From: a bacterium
Lineage (GTDB): Bacteria > Zixibacteria > MSB-5A5 > GN15 > FEB-12
DNA length: 64,000 nt
Assembly: GCA_043811375.1 (NCBI GenBank)
Contig: JBDRNJ010000024.1
Span: 1 to 64,000, forward strand
Direction of reading: 5' to 3'
Positions 9,522 through 18,511 of this stretch are shown one piece after another (position 1 is the stretch's first letter; every line of letters starts with the position of its first letter). The translations under genes and the position numbers were made by a program. Under the pieces are notes generated by a model. The model did not search any database and had not been told where the DNA came from. It saw nothing but the letters and a program-made list of their open reading frames with translations.

Positions 9522-11120
9522 CTACTTCCGCCAGACCGCCGGACGCAGGACAATCAGGACCGTGAATATCTCCAGCCGTCCCAGGAGCATGGAAAAGACC
9601 AGAATCCATTTGCCCGGGACAGGAATCCAACCGTAGTTCTCAACGGCGCCGATTCCGGCCAGTCCCGGGCCGATATTGGCAATCGTCGCCGCTGAACAGG
9701 CCAGGGCCGTGGTCAGGTCGGGAACAAACAGGGTCATCAGTAGCGCCGTCACCAGGAACAGCACCACGAACAGAATGAAGAATGCAACGACGTTTATGAT
9801 ACGGGGGTCATCGATAGTCTGATCGCCGATCTTCACCGGCGCTACCAGGCGGGGTTGGGTCAGTTTGCGCAACTCGTTAAAGGCCACGCGACCGACGATC
9901 ATTATCCGAATCATCTTTATGCCGCCGCCGGTAGAACCGGCGCAGCCGCCGAAGAACATCAGTAGTACCAGCAAAAAGCGAAGGAAATCCGGCCACATGT
10001 CAAAATCAGCCGTCACAAAACCGGTAGTCGTGACAATGGCCAGCGTCTGGAAAGAGGCGGTGCGCAACGTGTTGTAGAAACCCTCTATTTCCCAACTTTG
10101 TTCGGTATAGTGAGCGTGAAACTCCTCGGTTGTCATTGTCTCGGCACGGAAATGTGTTGCCGCCTCGTCTTCGGGCGCCAGACCGTTGATCGAAAGTACG
10201 CAGGTGATAACGACTATCGTAATGACAATCACCGAGGTGTAGAAAGCGAATTCCTTGTTCTTTACCAGTGAGTGGAGATCACCGCGTAACGCTCGAAAAT
10301 GCAGGAGGAAATTGATTCCGGCAAAGTACATGAAGACAATTATCACCCATTGAATGAAATCCGAGTTGTAGGCGGCAATCGAGGCGTTGCGGGTCGAGAA
10401 ACCGCCGGTGGCCATGGTCGCAAAAGTGTGACAGACAGCATCGAACAGGTTCATGCCTCCGACCAGCAGCAGGACCGTTTCAGCCGCCGACAACAACAGA
10501 TAGACACCCCACAATATCGAAACCGTCTGAGCCAGCCGCGGCCGTAATCGGTCTTTCGTCGGCCCCGGCACCTCACCGCGGAACATCTGGTAGCCGGAAA
10601 CACCCATAGCCGGGAAAATCACAATTGCCAGCGTGATGATCCCCATCCCCCCCAGCCAGTGAGTCATAGACCGAAGAAACAGCAATGACCGGGGCAGCGC
10701 CTCTATGTCGTTCAGTATCGAAGCTCCGGTGGTCGTGAAGCCCGACATTATCTCGAAGTAGGCATCGGTAAACGAAAGCATCAGGCCGGCGGCGCTGCTG
10801 TCCCGCTGGGAGACAAAATACAGAAACATGGGTATGGAGGCCAGGAAGGTCAGGGCAAACCAGCCGATGGTAACAATCGCGTACCCCTCCCGAATCCCCT
10901 GCAAGTTGCGTCCCCCGCGACAGATCAGCACCAGCAACGTCCCGATGAAAAGGGATGCCAGGATAGCCAGCACAAAACCGACTATATCGGGTAAGGACAA
11001 TAACTCAGACAGTTCCAGGGACCAGTTGTCGTAGAGGGCGATGCCCAGCGGAGCCACCAGGGTCGCCCCCATCACCTGCATCAATTTCCCGATCGCATAC
11101 CCGACCGCCGTCTTGTGCAT
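9522..11120 (-). CDS. trkH: Trk potassium uptake membrane subunit
   Basis: SGFTTTGAS, ATGGFS, TTTGF, NIGPG pore loops; GCAGSTGGGIK. Confidence 0.95.
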   Translation of the reverse strand: MHKTAVGYAIGKLMQVMGATLVAPLGIALYDNWSLELSELLSLPDIVGFVLAILASLFIGTLLVLICRGGRNLQGIREGYAIVTIGWFALTFLASIPMFLYFVSQRDSSAAGLMLSFTDAYFEIMSGFTTTGASILNDIEALPRSLLFLRSMTHWLGGMGIITLAIVIFPAMGVSGYQMFRGEVPGPTKDRLRPRLAQTVSILWGVYLLLSAAETVLLLVGGMNLFDAVCHTFATMATGGFSTRNASIAAYNSDFIQWVIIVFMYFAGINFLLHFRALRGDLHSLVKNKEFAFYTSVIVITIVVITCVLSINGLAPEDEAATHFRAETMTTEEFHAHYTEQSWEIEGFYNTLRTASFQTLAIVTTTGFVTADFDMWPDFLRFLLVLLMFFGGCAGSTGGGIKMIRIMIVGRVAFNELRKLTQPRLVAPVKIGDQTIDDPRIINVVAFFILFVVLFLVTALLMTLFVPDLTTALACSAATIANIGPGLAGIGAVENYGWIPVPGKWILVFSMLLGRLEIFTVLIVLRPAVWRK

Positions 11121-11123
11121 TGG

Positions 11124-12512
11124 TCAGCCTCGCCTGGAAGATCGACGTGGTTTGAAGAGCCTGGATACGGTCGGCAGATTCTTGTCGTGGGTAATCATTA
11201 TGACGTGATCATCAGGCTCGATAATCGTCTCGCCGTCGGGCAGAATCATGCTGTCACCCCTAACGATCACGCCAATTATAGACCTTCGTTTCAACTTGCC
11301 GGCGATCTCCTTCACCCGGGTATTCGCCACCAGGCTGTCAGGATCGACCGTGAAGCGCACTGCCTCGATATCGACACTGGAAAACTTGACGACGGCACCA
11401 ATGTGACCGCGGCTGATGATCTCTAATATCTCACGGGCCGTCGTCAGGCGCGGGTTGATCACATGATCGATACCGATAGACTTAAATAACCGGTCGTGAC
11501 GTGATTCCGTGGAGGTAACAATTACCTCGTGGGCTCCCTCGGCCTTGGCCAGCAGTCCTGAAAGCATATTGTAGTCGGCGCCTTCGGAAGCGGCAATGAA
11601 AAACGAGGCCGTGTCCACATTCAGCTCGCCCAGCAGATCCGGTTCGGTGCAATCACCATGGAGTACTTCGACGCGATTGAAAAGGCTGGCTGCCGTCTGC
11701 GCCTGCTGAAGGTCAGGGTGGACAAAAGTTACCGGGTGTTCGCTCTTGTCCAGCACCCGGGCCAGTTCCAGGGCGGCGTAGGCATCACCGGTCATGATGA
11801 TCTTGCGACTGTCTTTCTTTTCCACACCGACCAGCCGCAGGAAACGTTCGCGTGATTCGCGTGGGAACAGACTGTAGAGTATGTCTCCCGATTCAATGAC
11901 CGTATCGCCATAGGGTATCATCCCCCGACCTTGACGAACAATAGCGGCAAACAGGACCACGTCCGGGGTGATTTCCTGCCGAATCTCACTGGGTGTCTTG
12001 CCAGCCAGTTCCATCTTATCGGTGATACGATAGCCCCGCATGAGAATCTTGCCGTGCTCGAAATCAGCCGATTCCAGGGCATGGGGGGTTTGCACATATT
12101 GAAGGATGTGCTCCACCAGCACCTGTTCCGGGTGGATTACCGACGTGATACCGAGCTTCTGCAGGTCTACCAGCTTCGATGTTTCGGTGAACTCCCGGGA
12201 TCGTAACCGGGCTATGCGCTGGCTTACATCGTACTGGGCGGCGATAGCACACACCACCGTGTTGACCTGGTCGTTCGGCGTTACGGCCAGCACCATGTCG
12301 GCGTTAGACAGACCGGCCTCCACCAATAGTGACGGAGAGGTACCCGAACCGTTGAGAATCTGCAGGTCCAGTTTTTCGGCGATAGTTCGACAGAGATGTG
12401 AGTCGAGCTCAACCAGAGACAGGTGGTGTTTATCCTTCAGTAACTGTTCCGCCAGGCTATATCCGACCACGCCACCGCCGACGATAATTATCTTCATACT
12501 ACTGTCAGCCAC
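11124..12512 (-). CDS. trkA: Trk potassium uptake regulatory subunit (two RCK repeats)
   Basis: GGGVVG NAD-binding motif, tandem RCK_N/RCK_C domains, adjacent to trkH. Confidence 0.93.
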   Translation of the reverse strand: MADSSMKIIIVGGGVVGYSLAEQLLKDKHHLSLVELDSHLCRTIAEKLDLQILNGSGTSPSLLVEAGLSNADMVLAVTPNDQVNTVVCAIAAQYDVSQRIARLRSREFTETSKLVDLQKLGITSVIHPEQVLVEHILQYVQTPHALESADFEHGKILMRGYRITDKMELAGKTPSEIRQEITPDVVLFAAIVRQGRGMIPYGDTVIESGDILYSLFPRESRERFLRLVGVEKKDSRKIIMTGDAYAALELARVLDKSEHPVTFVHPDLQQAQTAASLFNRVEVLHGDCTEPDLLGELNVDTASFFIAASEGADYNMLSGLLAKAEGAHEVIVTSTESRHDRLFKSIGIDHVINPRLTTAREILEIISRGHIGAVVKFSSVDIEAVRFTVDPDSLVANTRVKEIAGKLKRRSIIGVIVRGDSMILPDGETIIEPDDHVIMITHDKNLPTVSRLFKPRRSSRRG

Positions 12513-12639
12513 CTCTTAATAGAGAGTCCTCTCGGACACGTGATGTCGAGAGACCTCGATAGCACTTTCTGCAGGTAATTTCTATCCTGCCGCTACCCGC
12601 GTCAAACAAATTATTTCCCTCAGATTACCGGTCAACATA

Positions 12640-12673
12640 GAACAACCTGCGGATCGGTCACCCTGTCCGCAGG
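12640..12673 (-). terminator. Probable terminator after M32 carboxypeptidase
   Basis: CCTGCGGA...TCCGCAGG stem followed by TTGTTC on minus strand. Confidence 0.5.
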
Positions 12674-12705
12674 CTGAATTGCACACCGATTACCGGCGGG
12701 GCCGG

Positions 12706-14220
12706 TTAAAACCCGTATATCTCACCATATTTGGCGTTCATGTAGTCGATCAGGGGCTGGTGGTCCAGTGGTTTTCCGGTCACCTTCTCACACAGTTTGC
12801 CTGCTCGGTAGCGCTGCCCCTGCTGGTGGATATTACTCCGCAACCACTTAAGCAGCGGAGCGAACTGACCGTTCTCAAACTGCTCGTCCAGATCGGGTAT
12901 ATCCTGCCTGACCTTGGCAAAGAATTGCGCCGAATACAGATTCCCCAGCGTATAGGTCGGGAAATAACCGACCAGCCCGGCCGACCAGTGAACATCCTGC
13001 AGGCAGCCGTTGGAGTCCTTGTCGACCTCGATACCGAAGTATTTTTTGAAACGGCTGTTCCACTCACCGGCGGCATCGGCCGGCTTGAGGTCACCGGTCA
13101 GGAGCGCCCGCTCCAGCTCGAAACGCAGCAGAATATGCAGATTGTAGGTAGCCTCGTCCGCCTCGACACGAATATATGATGGCTTCACATCATTGATGGC
13201 GGCATAGAAATCATCCAGCTTGACATCCTGAAGCGAATTGCGGAACAGTCGCTGTGCCTGCGGGAAAAAATACTTCCAGAATGCCTTGGAGCGGCCAACC
13301 TGGTTTTCCCACATACGGGATTGAGACTCATGAATACCCAGCGAGGTCGACTCACCCATCGGCGTACCGAAGTGGTTTTTCTTATCCAGACCCATTTCGT
13401 ACAGGCCGTGACCGGCTTCATGCATGGTGCCGAACAGAGCGTCGTTGAGTCGGTTGGGGTTGTAGCGGGTCAGGATACGGGTGTCGCCGGGGCCGACACC
13501 ATCGCAGAACGGATGGGTGGTAATGTCAAGCCGCCCGGCTTTGAAATCGAACCCGATCGCCGCCGCCACCGATTCGCCGAAGATTCGCTGCAATTTGACA
13601 TCGTATTCCCGCTCGACAATCGAGACATCCGGCTTTTTCGGAGCATCCTTTATCTTGCCCAACAGCGTCACCAGTTCGTTGCGCAGTTTCTTGAAAACCT
13701 CGACGATTTCGTCAACAGTCGCGCCCGGTTCGTAGTCATCCAGCAGCGCATTGTAAGGCTCACCTTCGTAACCGTAGGCTTCAGCCTTACGGCGGGACAG
13801 ATTGAGAACCTTCTCCATCCAGGGCAGGAATTTCTTGAAATCGGAGTCCTTCCTGGCGGCGGCCCATTCCGACTGGGCCAGGCTGGTGACTTTGGTGATC
13901 TCTTCCACCAGTTCCTTGGGCAGCTTGGTAGCTTTGTCGTACTGGTAGCGTAACTCCCGGATATTGGCCGCTTCGGGGGAATCCTCGGTTTTGTCCAGAT
14001 CGGACTGCTCTACTTCTGAGAGCAGTTCGTTTATTTTCGGATCGGTGAACATCTCGTGCGTCATCCGGGCCAGCAGTCCCATCTGCTCCGCCCGAAACGG
14101 CGTACCGGCCGGCGGCATGTAGGTGTGCTGGTCCCAGTAAAGGACGGAGCCGGTGGAAGCCAGCAGTGAAATCTCCCGGCAGCTTTTGATGAGTTCATCG
14201 TAGGCAGCTTTGGCTGTCAT
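12706..14220 (-). CDS. Carboxypeptidase Taq family (M32)
   Basis: HPF, HEAGH, HESQ, IRVEADE, QDVHW, GYFPTY; AAGGAG RBS before MTAKAAY. Confidence 0.95.
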   Translation of the reverse strand: MTAKAAYDELIKSCREISLLASTGSVLYWDQHTYMPPAGTPFRAEQMGLLARMTHEMFTDPKINELLSEVEQSDLDKTEDSPEAANIRELRYQYDKATKLPKELVEEITKVTSLAQSEWAAARKDSDFKKFLPWMEKVLNLSRRKAEAYGYEGEPYNALLDDYEPGATVDEIVEVFKKLRNELVTLLGKIKDAPKKPDVSIVEREYDVKLQRIFGESVAAAIGFDFKAGRLDITTHPFCDGVGPGDTRILTRYNPNRLNDALFGTMHEAGHGLYEMGLDKKNHFGTPMGESTSLGIHESQSRMWENQVGRSKAFWKYFFPQAQRLFRNSLQDVKLDDFYAAINDVKPSYIRVEADEATYNLHILLRFELERALLTGDLKPADAAGEWNSRFKKYFGIEVDKDSNGCLQDVHWSAGLVGYFPTYTLGNLYSAQFFAKVRQDIPDLDEQFENGQFAPLLKWLRSNIHQQGQRYRAGKLCEKVTGKPLDHQPLIDYMNAKYGEIYGF

Positions 14221-14415
14221 ATCGTACTCCTTAGCAATCGACGGCCTTAAAGCGACGGTGCCATCAGTTGGGGTACCGCCACCGGTCAGGCCGGCCATAG
14301 TTTCCCGGTTTGCTGTTACAGCCTTGAAAGATAGGCAAATCAGGCGCGAAAACAAGGTTGTCCTTTAACATTAACCTGAATTTGACTTTAGTGTCATGGT
14401 GACACTCATCACCAG

Positions 14416-14440
14416 GTCATGGTGAGCGGAGTCGAACCAT
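14416..14440 (+). repeat. GTCATG-type REP-like unit (second copy 43846-43870)
   Basis: GTCATGGTGAGCGGAGTCGAACCAT vs GTCATGCTGAGCGGAGTCGAAGCAT. Confidence 0.75.
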
Positions 14441-14622
14441 CACACCAAACCTGACAGGGATTAGCCCCTTTTATACCTGACGATCTCAATATCCACTTGA
14501 ATATCAACCGCAACCGACAGTAATTGTTTTATAGCAGCAAGCCACGATTATGGCAAAACAAACACTGTGCCATCAGGCGACCCTGCCTGACAGCAAATGC
14601 AATTGGAAAAATGGAGGAAAAC

Positions 14623-14949
14623 ATGCTGGTAACTACCACTCCCAACATCGAGGGTCACCGCATCAGCAAATACTTCGGCCTGGTCAGCGGCGAGGCCATT
14701 ATGGGCGCCAACATTTTCAAGGATATCTTTGCCAGTATCACTGACATCGTCGGCGGCCGCTCCGGCACTTATGAAAAAGAACTGCGCACCGCCAAGGATA
14801 CGGCTATTGAGGAAATGTGCCAGCAGGCTGAGGAGTTGGGCGCCAACGCCGTGATTGCCGTCGATCTCGATTACGAGACAATCGGCTCCGGCAGCGGCAA
14901 CATGCTGATGGTCACCGCCAGCGGCACCGCCGTGAAGATGGAGGGGTGA
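14623..14949 (+). CDS. ybjQ: YbjQ/UPF0145 heavy-metal-binding domain protein
   Basis: [42 protein letters not shown]. Confidence 0.92.
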   Translation: MLVTTTPNIEGHRISKYFGLVSGEAIMGANIFKDIFASITDIVGGRSGTYEKELRTAKDTAIEEMCQQAEELGANAVIAVDLDYETIGSGSGNMLMVTASGTAVKMEG

Positions 14950-15021
14950 GGTTTCTCACTAGCTGCTGCCCATTCAACAGTGGAGGTCGTAAAGTTCGAT
15001 GAGCGTGGAGAAAAGACCGGC

Positions 15022-15050
15022 TTGACCGAGAAATGAAACAGCCTTATCAT
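15022..15050 (+). promoter_or_regulatory. Sigma70-type promoter of the ParA-like cassette
   Basis: TTGACC-17 bp-TATCAT about 40 nt upstream of ATG 15091. Confidence 0.6.
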
Positions 15051-15090
15051 TGAACTGGCAAAACTGGCGGCAATTAAAGAGGCTATAAGT

Positions 15091-15951
15091 ATGACCAGAA
15101 CTATGTCACTTCTGAATATGAAAGGCGGCGTGGGTAAAACCACATTGGCTGTGAACCTTGCGTGGTATCTGCATGAAAAAGAACCATGCAATATCCTTTT
15201 AATCGACCTTGATCCCCAATTCAATACTACTCAGTACATGATGGATTACAATGACTTCGTGACACACTCCCGGGACAATGGAACTATTGCGGATATTTTG
15301 ATTGACCAGCCTTCTATGAAACTTACGTCAAAAGGAAAAAGAAAAAAAATACATCCGAACCAGCGGCTCATACGGATTCACACTCACGCCCAGGGATATT
15401 GCTTTGACCTGCTGCCTGCAGAACTGCGTCTCGGATTTGTTGTCAAAAATCCGGCGCAGATGGAGTATAAACTTGAAAAAGTGCTCGAGAGCCTTCGGAA
15501 CAATTACGACTATATTCTCATTGATTGTGCTCCAACTGACTCTGTGTTGACGACTATCGCCATGATGGCATCGGATTATGTGATGGTGCCCGTTAGGCCG
15601 GATAGATTTGCCATTCTAGGCTTCGCTAATTTTCTCGAGACACTTGGATATTTTCGGGATAACTGTCAGGACCCACATAGAGTGCAGGAGCTTGGAGTAG
15701 TCTTCACTCAAGTCACCGGGAATTCGCAAGTTGAAACAGAATGTATGAGTGAAATCACGACTCGAGCTATTAGGGAAAAAAGCTACGTTTTCACGTCGAA
15801 GCTCAGATATTCAAATACCTTCATTAGGGCTGTCAAGGACCAAACTCCAGCGTATAGAACGAAATATGCCCGAGGGAAATTACTTTCCGATATTGCAAGT
15901 ATAACGAAAGAAATGAAACAGCGAATTACCTATATTGAGGGTAACAAGTAA
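15091..15951 (+). CDS. ParA/Soj-family ATPase (orphan, no adjacent parB)
   Basis: Deviant Walker A KGGVGKTT, IDLDPQFN, YILIDCAP; AT-rich coding sequence. Confidence 0.92.
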   Translation: MTRTMSLLNMKGGVGKTTLAVNLAWYLHEKEPCNILLIDLDPQFNTTQYMMDYNDFVTHSRDNGTIADILIDQPSMKLTSKGKRKKIHPNQRLIRIHTHAQGYCFDLLPAELRLGFVVKNPAQMEYKLEKVLESLRNNYDYILIDCAPTDSVLTTIAMMASDYVMVPVRPDRFAILGFANFLETLGYFRDNCQDPHRVQELGVVFTQVTGNSQVETECMSEITTRAIREKSYVFTSKLRYSNTFIRAVKDQTPAYRTKYARGKLLSDIASITKEMKQRITYIEGNK

Positions 15952-15974
15952 CCATACGTATAGCAGGAGATGCA

Positions 15975-16490
15975 ATGAAAGATGTTAGATATGAAATCCT
16001 AAGTGAGTTATACCGTTTCTTAGGGATGTTCAGTGCGAAGGACCTGCTCGCTACTTGCAAGTTACATGGCCTATCAGGCAATTTAAGAACTGCTCTATCC
16101 CTATTGGCAAAGGATCTTCGTACATCTACTTATGAGCTTCCGAAAACAAAAGTGGTCATTACAAGTCGGGACATGCCCGTTGTTTCAAAGCGTGAAGCTC
16201 AGCATGAACTTCTTGGGTCTGCAGATCGTCAATTTGAGGAATATATACTCAGTAGGTTGACAAATAAGAAGGAATTTCCCACCAAGATCACGCTTGTAAA
16301 CCTAGCGAAAGTATTAGGTCTACCTCTTAAAGTAACTGCCAAGGATAGTACGCAGAGAGTGGCCAAGCAGTTGTTAAAAAACATTATGCTTGCCGGGGCA
16401 GATGTTAAGAACAAAGCGTTGGATTTACTTTCTGTAGGGCAGGACAGGCAAACACAAGGCTGGTTTGATGTAATTAGAAAGTCACAGTGA
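15975..16490 (+). CDS. Hypothetical basic helical protein, second gene of ParA-like cassette
   Basis: 171 aa ORF, AGGAG RBS, stop overlaps next start (GTGA). Confidence 0.8.
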   Translation: MKDVRYEILSELYRFLGMFSAKDLLATCKLHGLSGNLRTALSLLAKDLRTSTYELPKTKVVITSRDMPVVSKREAQHELLGSADRQFEEYILSRLTNKKEFPTKITLVNLAKVLGLPLKVTAKDSTQRVAKQLLKNIMLAGADVKNKALDLLSVGQDRQTQGWFDVIRKSQ

Positions 16491-17260
16491 TGCTCAGCAT
16501 CAGACCACACTCAAAGACTATACATCGCATGACCAGCGATTACCTAAGCGAAGCCCAGTCGCGGCTCACAACTTCCGTAACACGAATGGGTCTGTCAGGC
16601 AGCTTTCGCGGTATCTTCAAGGTCTCTTTGGCTTTCGACTCAGTCCTTTCCAAGATCCAAGGACCAAACGTTCATCCCCCCATCTCTTGCCTAAGAGCAA
16701 TTGTCAAGCGTATTCCGCTCCTTGCGTCGATGTGCCAGATATCAGTTGCTACCATCGAATTCCGCCAGCTAATAGAGTTGGTTCTATGGTGCATCTTCTT
16801 CACAGATCATTCCGTAGAATGGCGTAATCTTCAATCGAACCCTACCCGTGGCTACGTGAGAGACCAAGAAAAGCCAATCAGTTACTTGTCAAGCCGGGAG
16901 CCATCGTTTTATGCTAATTATGCCAGAGAGAGGTTCTCTATTGAGCCATCTGGGCTTGCAGCTAAATCCGTCGACGAACTGAACAACCAGCGTCGATCGC
17001 TCAGTGCGTTCGTGCACCCTGGCAGGATAGCAGTCGGCCGTTCGATGTTGCTTCCGTTTGAGGACATATCGGAGAAATCGCTCAACGAGTTCATGAAAGT
17101 TCAGCGCCAGGTAATGGGTCACAGTTGTATTGTACTGGCAGCTTTCAGGAGGAGGGCTTTTGATAAATTACCACCTGTCCACCGCGCTTGGTTTGACTGG
17201 CTGATTGGGCCAACTACTGCAAAACATATCCGGAGTCAAGCATTCGGTCTAACTGACTAG
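16487..17260 (+). CDS. Hypothetical protein with possible HEPN-like fold
   Basis: 257 aa, helical; FRQLIE and RRSLSAFVH motifs reminiscent of HEPN/DUF5677-like proteins (function uncertain). Confidence 0.65.
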   Translation: MMLSIRPHSKTIHRMTSDYLSEAQSRLTTSVTRMGLSGSFRGIFKVSLAFDSVLSKIQGPNVHPPISCLRAIVKRIPLLASMCQISVATIEFRQLIELVLWCIFFTDHSVEWRNLQSNPTRGYVRDQEKPISYLSSREPSFYANYARERFSIEPSGLAAKSVDELNNQRRSLSAFVHPGRIAVGRSMLLPFEDISEKSLNEFMKVQRQVMGHSCIVLAAFRRRAFDKLPPVHRAWFDWLIGPTTAKHIRSQAFGLTD

Positions 17261-17280
17261 CTTCTTGTCTAAGAAACGCA

Positions 17281-17309
17281 TTGCTTGATCTTTGACCAGT
17301 CCCTATATT
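17281..17309 (+). promoter_or_regulatory. Putative thyX promoter
   Basis: TTGCTT-17 bp-TATATT. Confidence 0.5.
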
Positions 17310-17345
17310 TCTTCTTTGAGTTATTGGAGTTATCTTGTGGCTCAC

Positions 17346-18197
17346 ATGAACAACAAACAAGCTGACACGCTGTTGGACCGGGAATTCAAAGTCCTCGACC
17401 ATGGCTTTGTGCGGCTGGTCGACTATATGGGTGACGATGCCGCTATTGTTCAGGCGGCGCGGGTCAGCTATGGCGAAGGGACCAAGAAAGTCTCCGAAGA
17501 CCGGGGATTGATCCGCTACCTCATGCGCCGCCGACATACCTCGCCGCTTGAGATGGTCGAGTTCAAGTTCCATGTCAAACTGCCGATTTTCGTCGCCCGG
17601 CAATGGATTCGCCACCGCACCGCCAACGTCAACGAATACTCCGGCCGCTATTCGGTGATGAAACAGGAATTCTACGTTCCCCAACCGGATGATATCCGCT
17701 ACCAGTCGACCGTCAACAAACAGGGCCGCTCCGAGGAAGAAGTGCCCGACGAACTCAAGCAGAAAGTAGTCGAGTACCTGCAAAAGTCGCAAAGCGACGC
17801 TTTTGAAAACTATCAGGAACTGATCGACACCGGTCTGGCCCGCGAGTTGGCGCGGATCGGGCTACCGTTGTCTTTGTATACCGAGTGGTACTGGAAAATC
17901 GACCTGCACAACCTGTTCCACTTCCTGCGCCTGCGCCTGGACGCCCACGCCCAGTGGGAGATTCAGCAGTACGCCAAAGTGATGGCCGACATCGTCAAGG
18001 ATATCTGTCCACTGGCGTACGAGGCGTTTGTCGACTACAGCCTCTCCGCCGCCTTCTTTTCAGGACCGGAACTAAAAGCCCTGCGACCTTACCTGGAAAA
18101 TGTTACCGACAAAATCGAAGATCTGGTATCAGTCGGTTTGTCCCAGCGTGAGGCACGGGAACTGCTCGACAAGCTGGATAAGATTCGCAAGCTGTAG
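17346..18197 (+). CDS. thyX: FAD-dependent thymidylate synthase
   Basis: AARVSY, HTSPLE, RQWIRHRTANVNEYSGRY, ELAR, HAQWEI. Confidence 0.97.
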   Translation: MNNKQADTLLDREFKVLDHGFVRLVDYMGDDAAIVQAARVSYGEGTKKVSEDRGLIRYLMRRRHTSPLEMVEFKFHVKLPIFVARQWIRHRTANVNEYSGRYSVMKQEFYVPQPDDIRYQSTVNKQGRSEEEVPDELKQKVVEYLQKSQSDAFENYQELIDTGLARELARIGLPLSLYTEWYWKIDLHNLFHFLRLRLDAHAQWEIQQYAKVMADIVKDICPLAYEAFVDYSLSAAFFSGPELKALRPYLENVTDKIEDLVSVGLSQREARELLDKLDKIRKL

Positions 18198-18267
18198 ATG
18201 ACGGCCGGCAACACACCGTCTTAAACTGCGGCCGACCATGAGCACACCAGACTGGAGGTAACGGACA

Positions 18268-18471
18268 ATGGACATAATCCAATTAGCCAACGAGAGAGTC
18301 AGGAAGCTCAACATCTTTGACGTCAAACTGGTGCAGGGAGCGGCGATGTGCGTCATGCTGATCCTGGTCAAGCTGATACCGCAGATTGTGACCATCAGTA
18401 TCTGGTGGTTTGTGGTGTTTTGCGTAATATGTGCACTCAGACCATGTTACGTCTTTTTCTTAAAGAAGTAG
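18268..18471 (+). CDS. Small two-TM membrane protein
   Basis: GGAGG RBS, 67 aa with two hydrophobic segments. Confidence 0.7.
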   Translation: MDIIQLANERVRKLNIFDVKLVQGAAMCVMLILVKLIPQIVTISIWWFVVFCVICALRPCYVFFLKK

Positions 18472-18511
18472 TAGAGAGTAACCGCAGAAGGCTTGGGTTG
18501 CGATCTGGTCT

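Noticed and set aside
12513..12705. c-di-AMP (ydaO) riboswitch upstream of trkA
   Set aside because: Consensus elements not recognisable; only a terminator-like hairpin and a possible promoter
14221..14355. N-terminal extensions given by the ORF track (M32, DUF401, nuoA/B/K, thyX, ybjQ and others)
   Set aside because: Internal starts have RBS or promoter support and match expected family lengths
15091..15951. Chromosomal parA/soj partition locus
   Set aside because: No parB, no parS palindrome seen, no origin-region genes; atypical composition
17346..18197. thyX as a phage-derived gene belonging to the adjacent island
   Set aside because: Host-like codon usage, own promoter and no phage genes nearby
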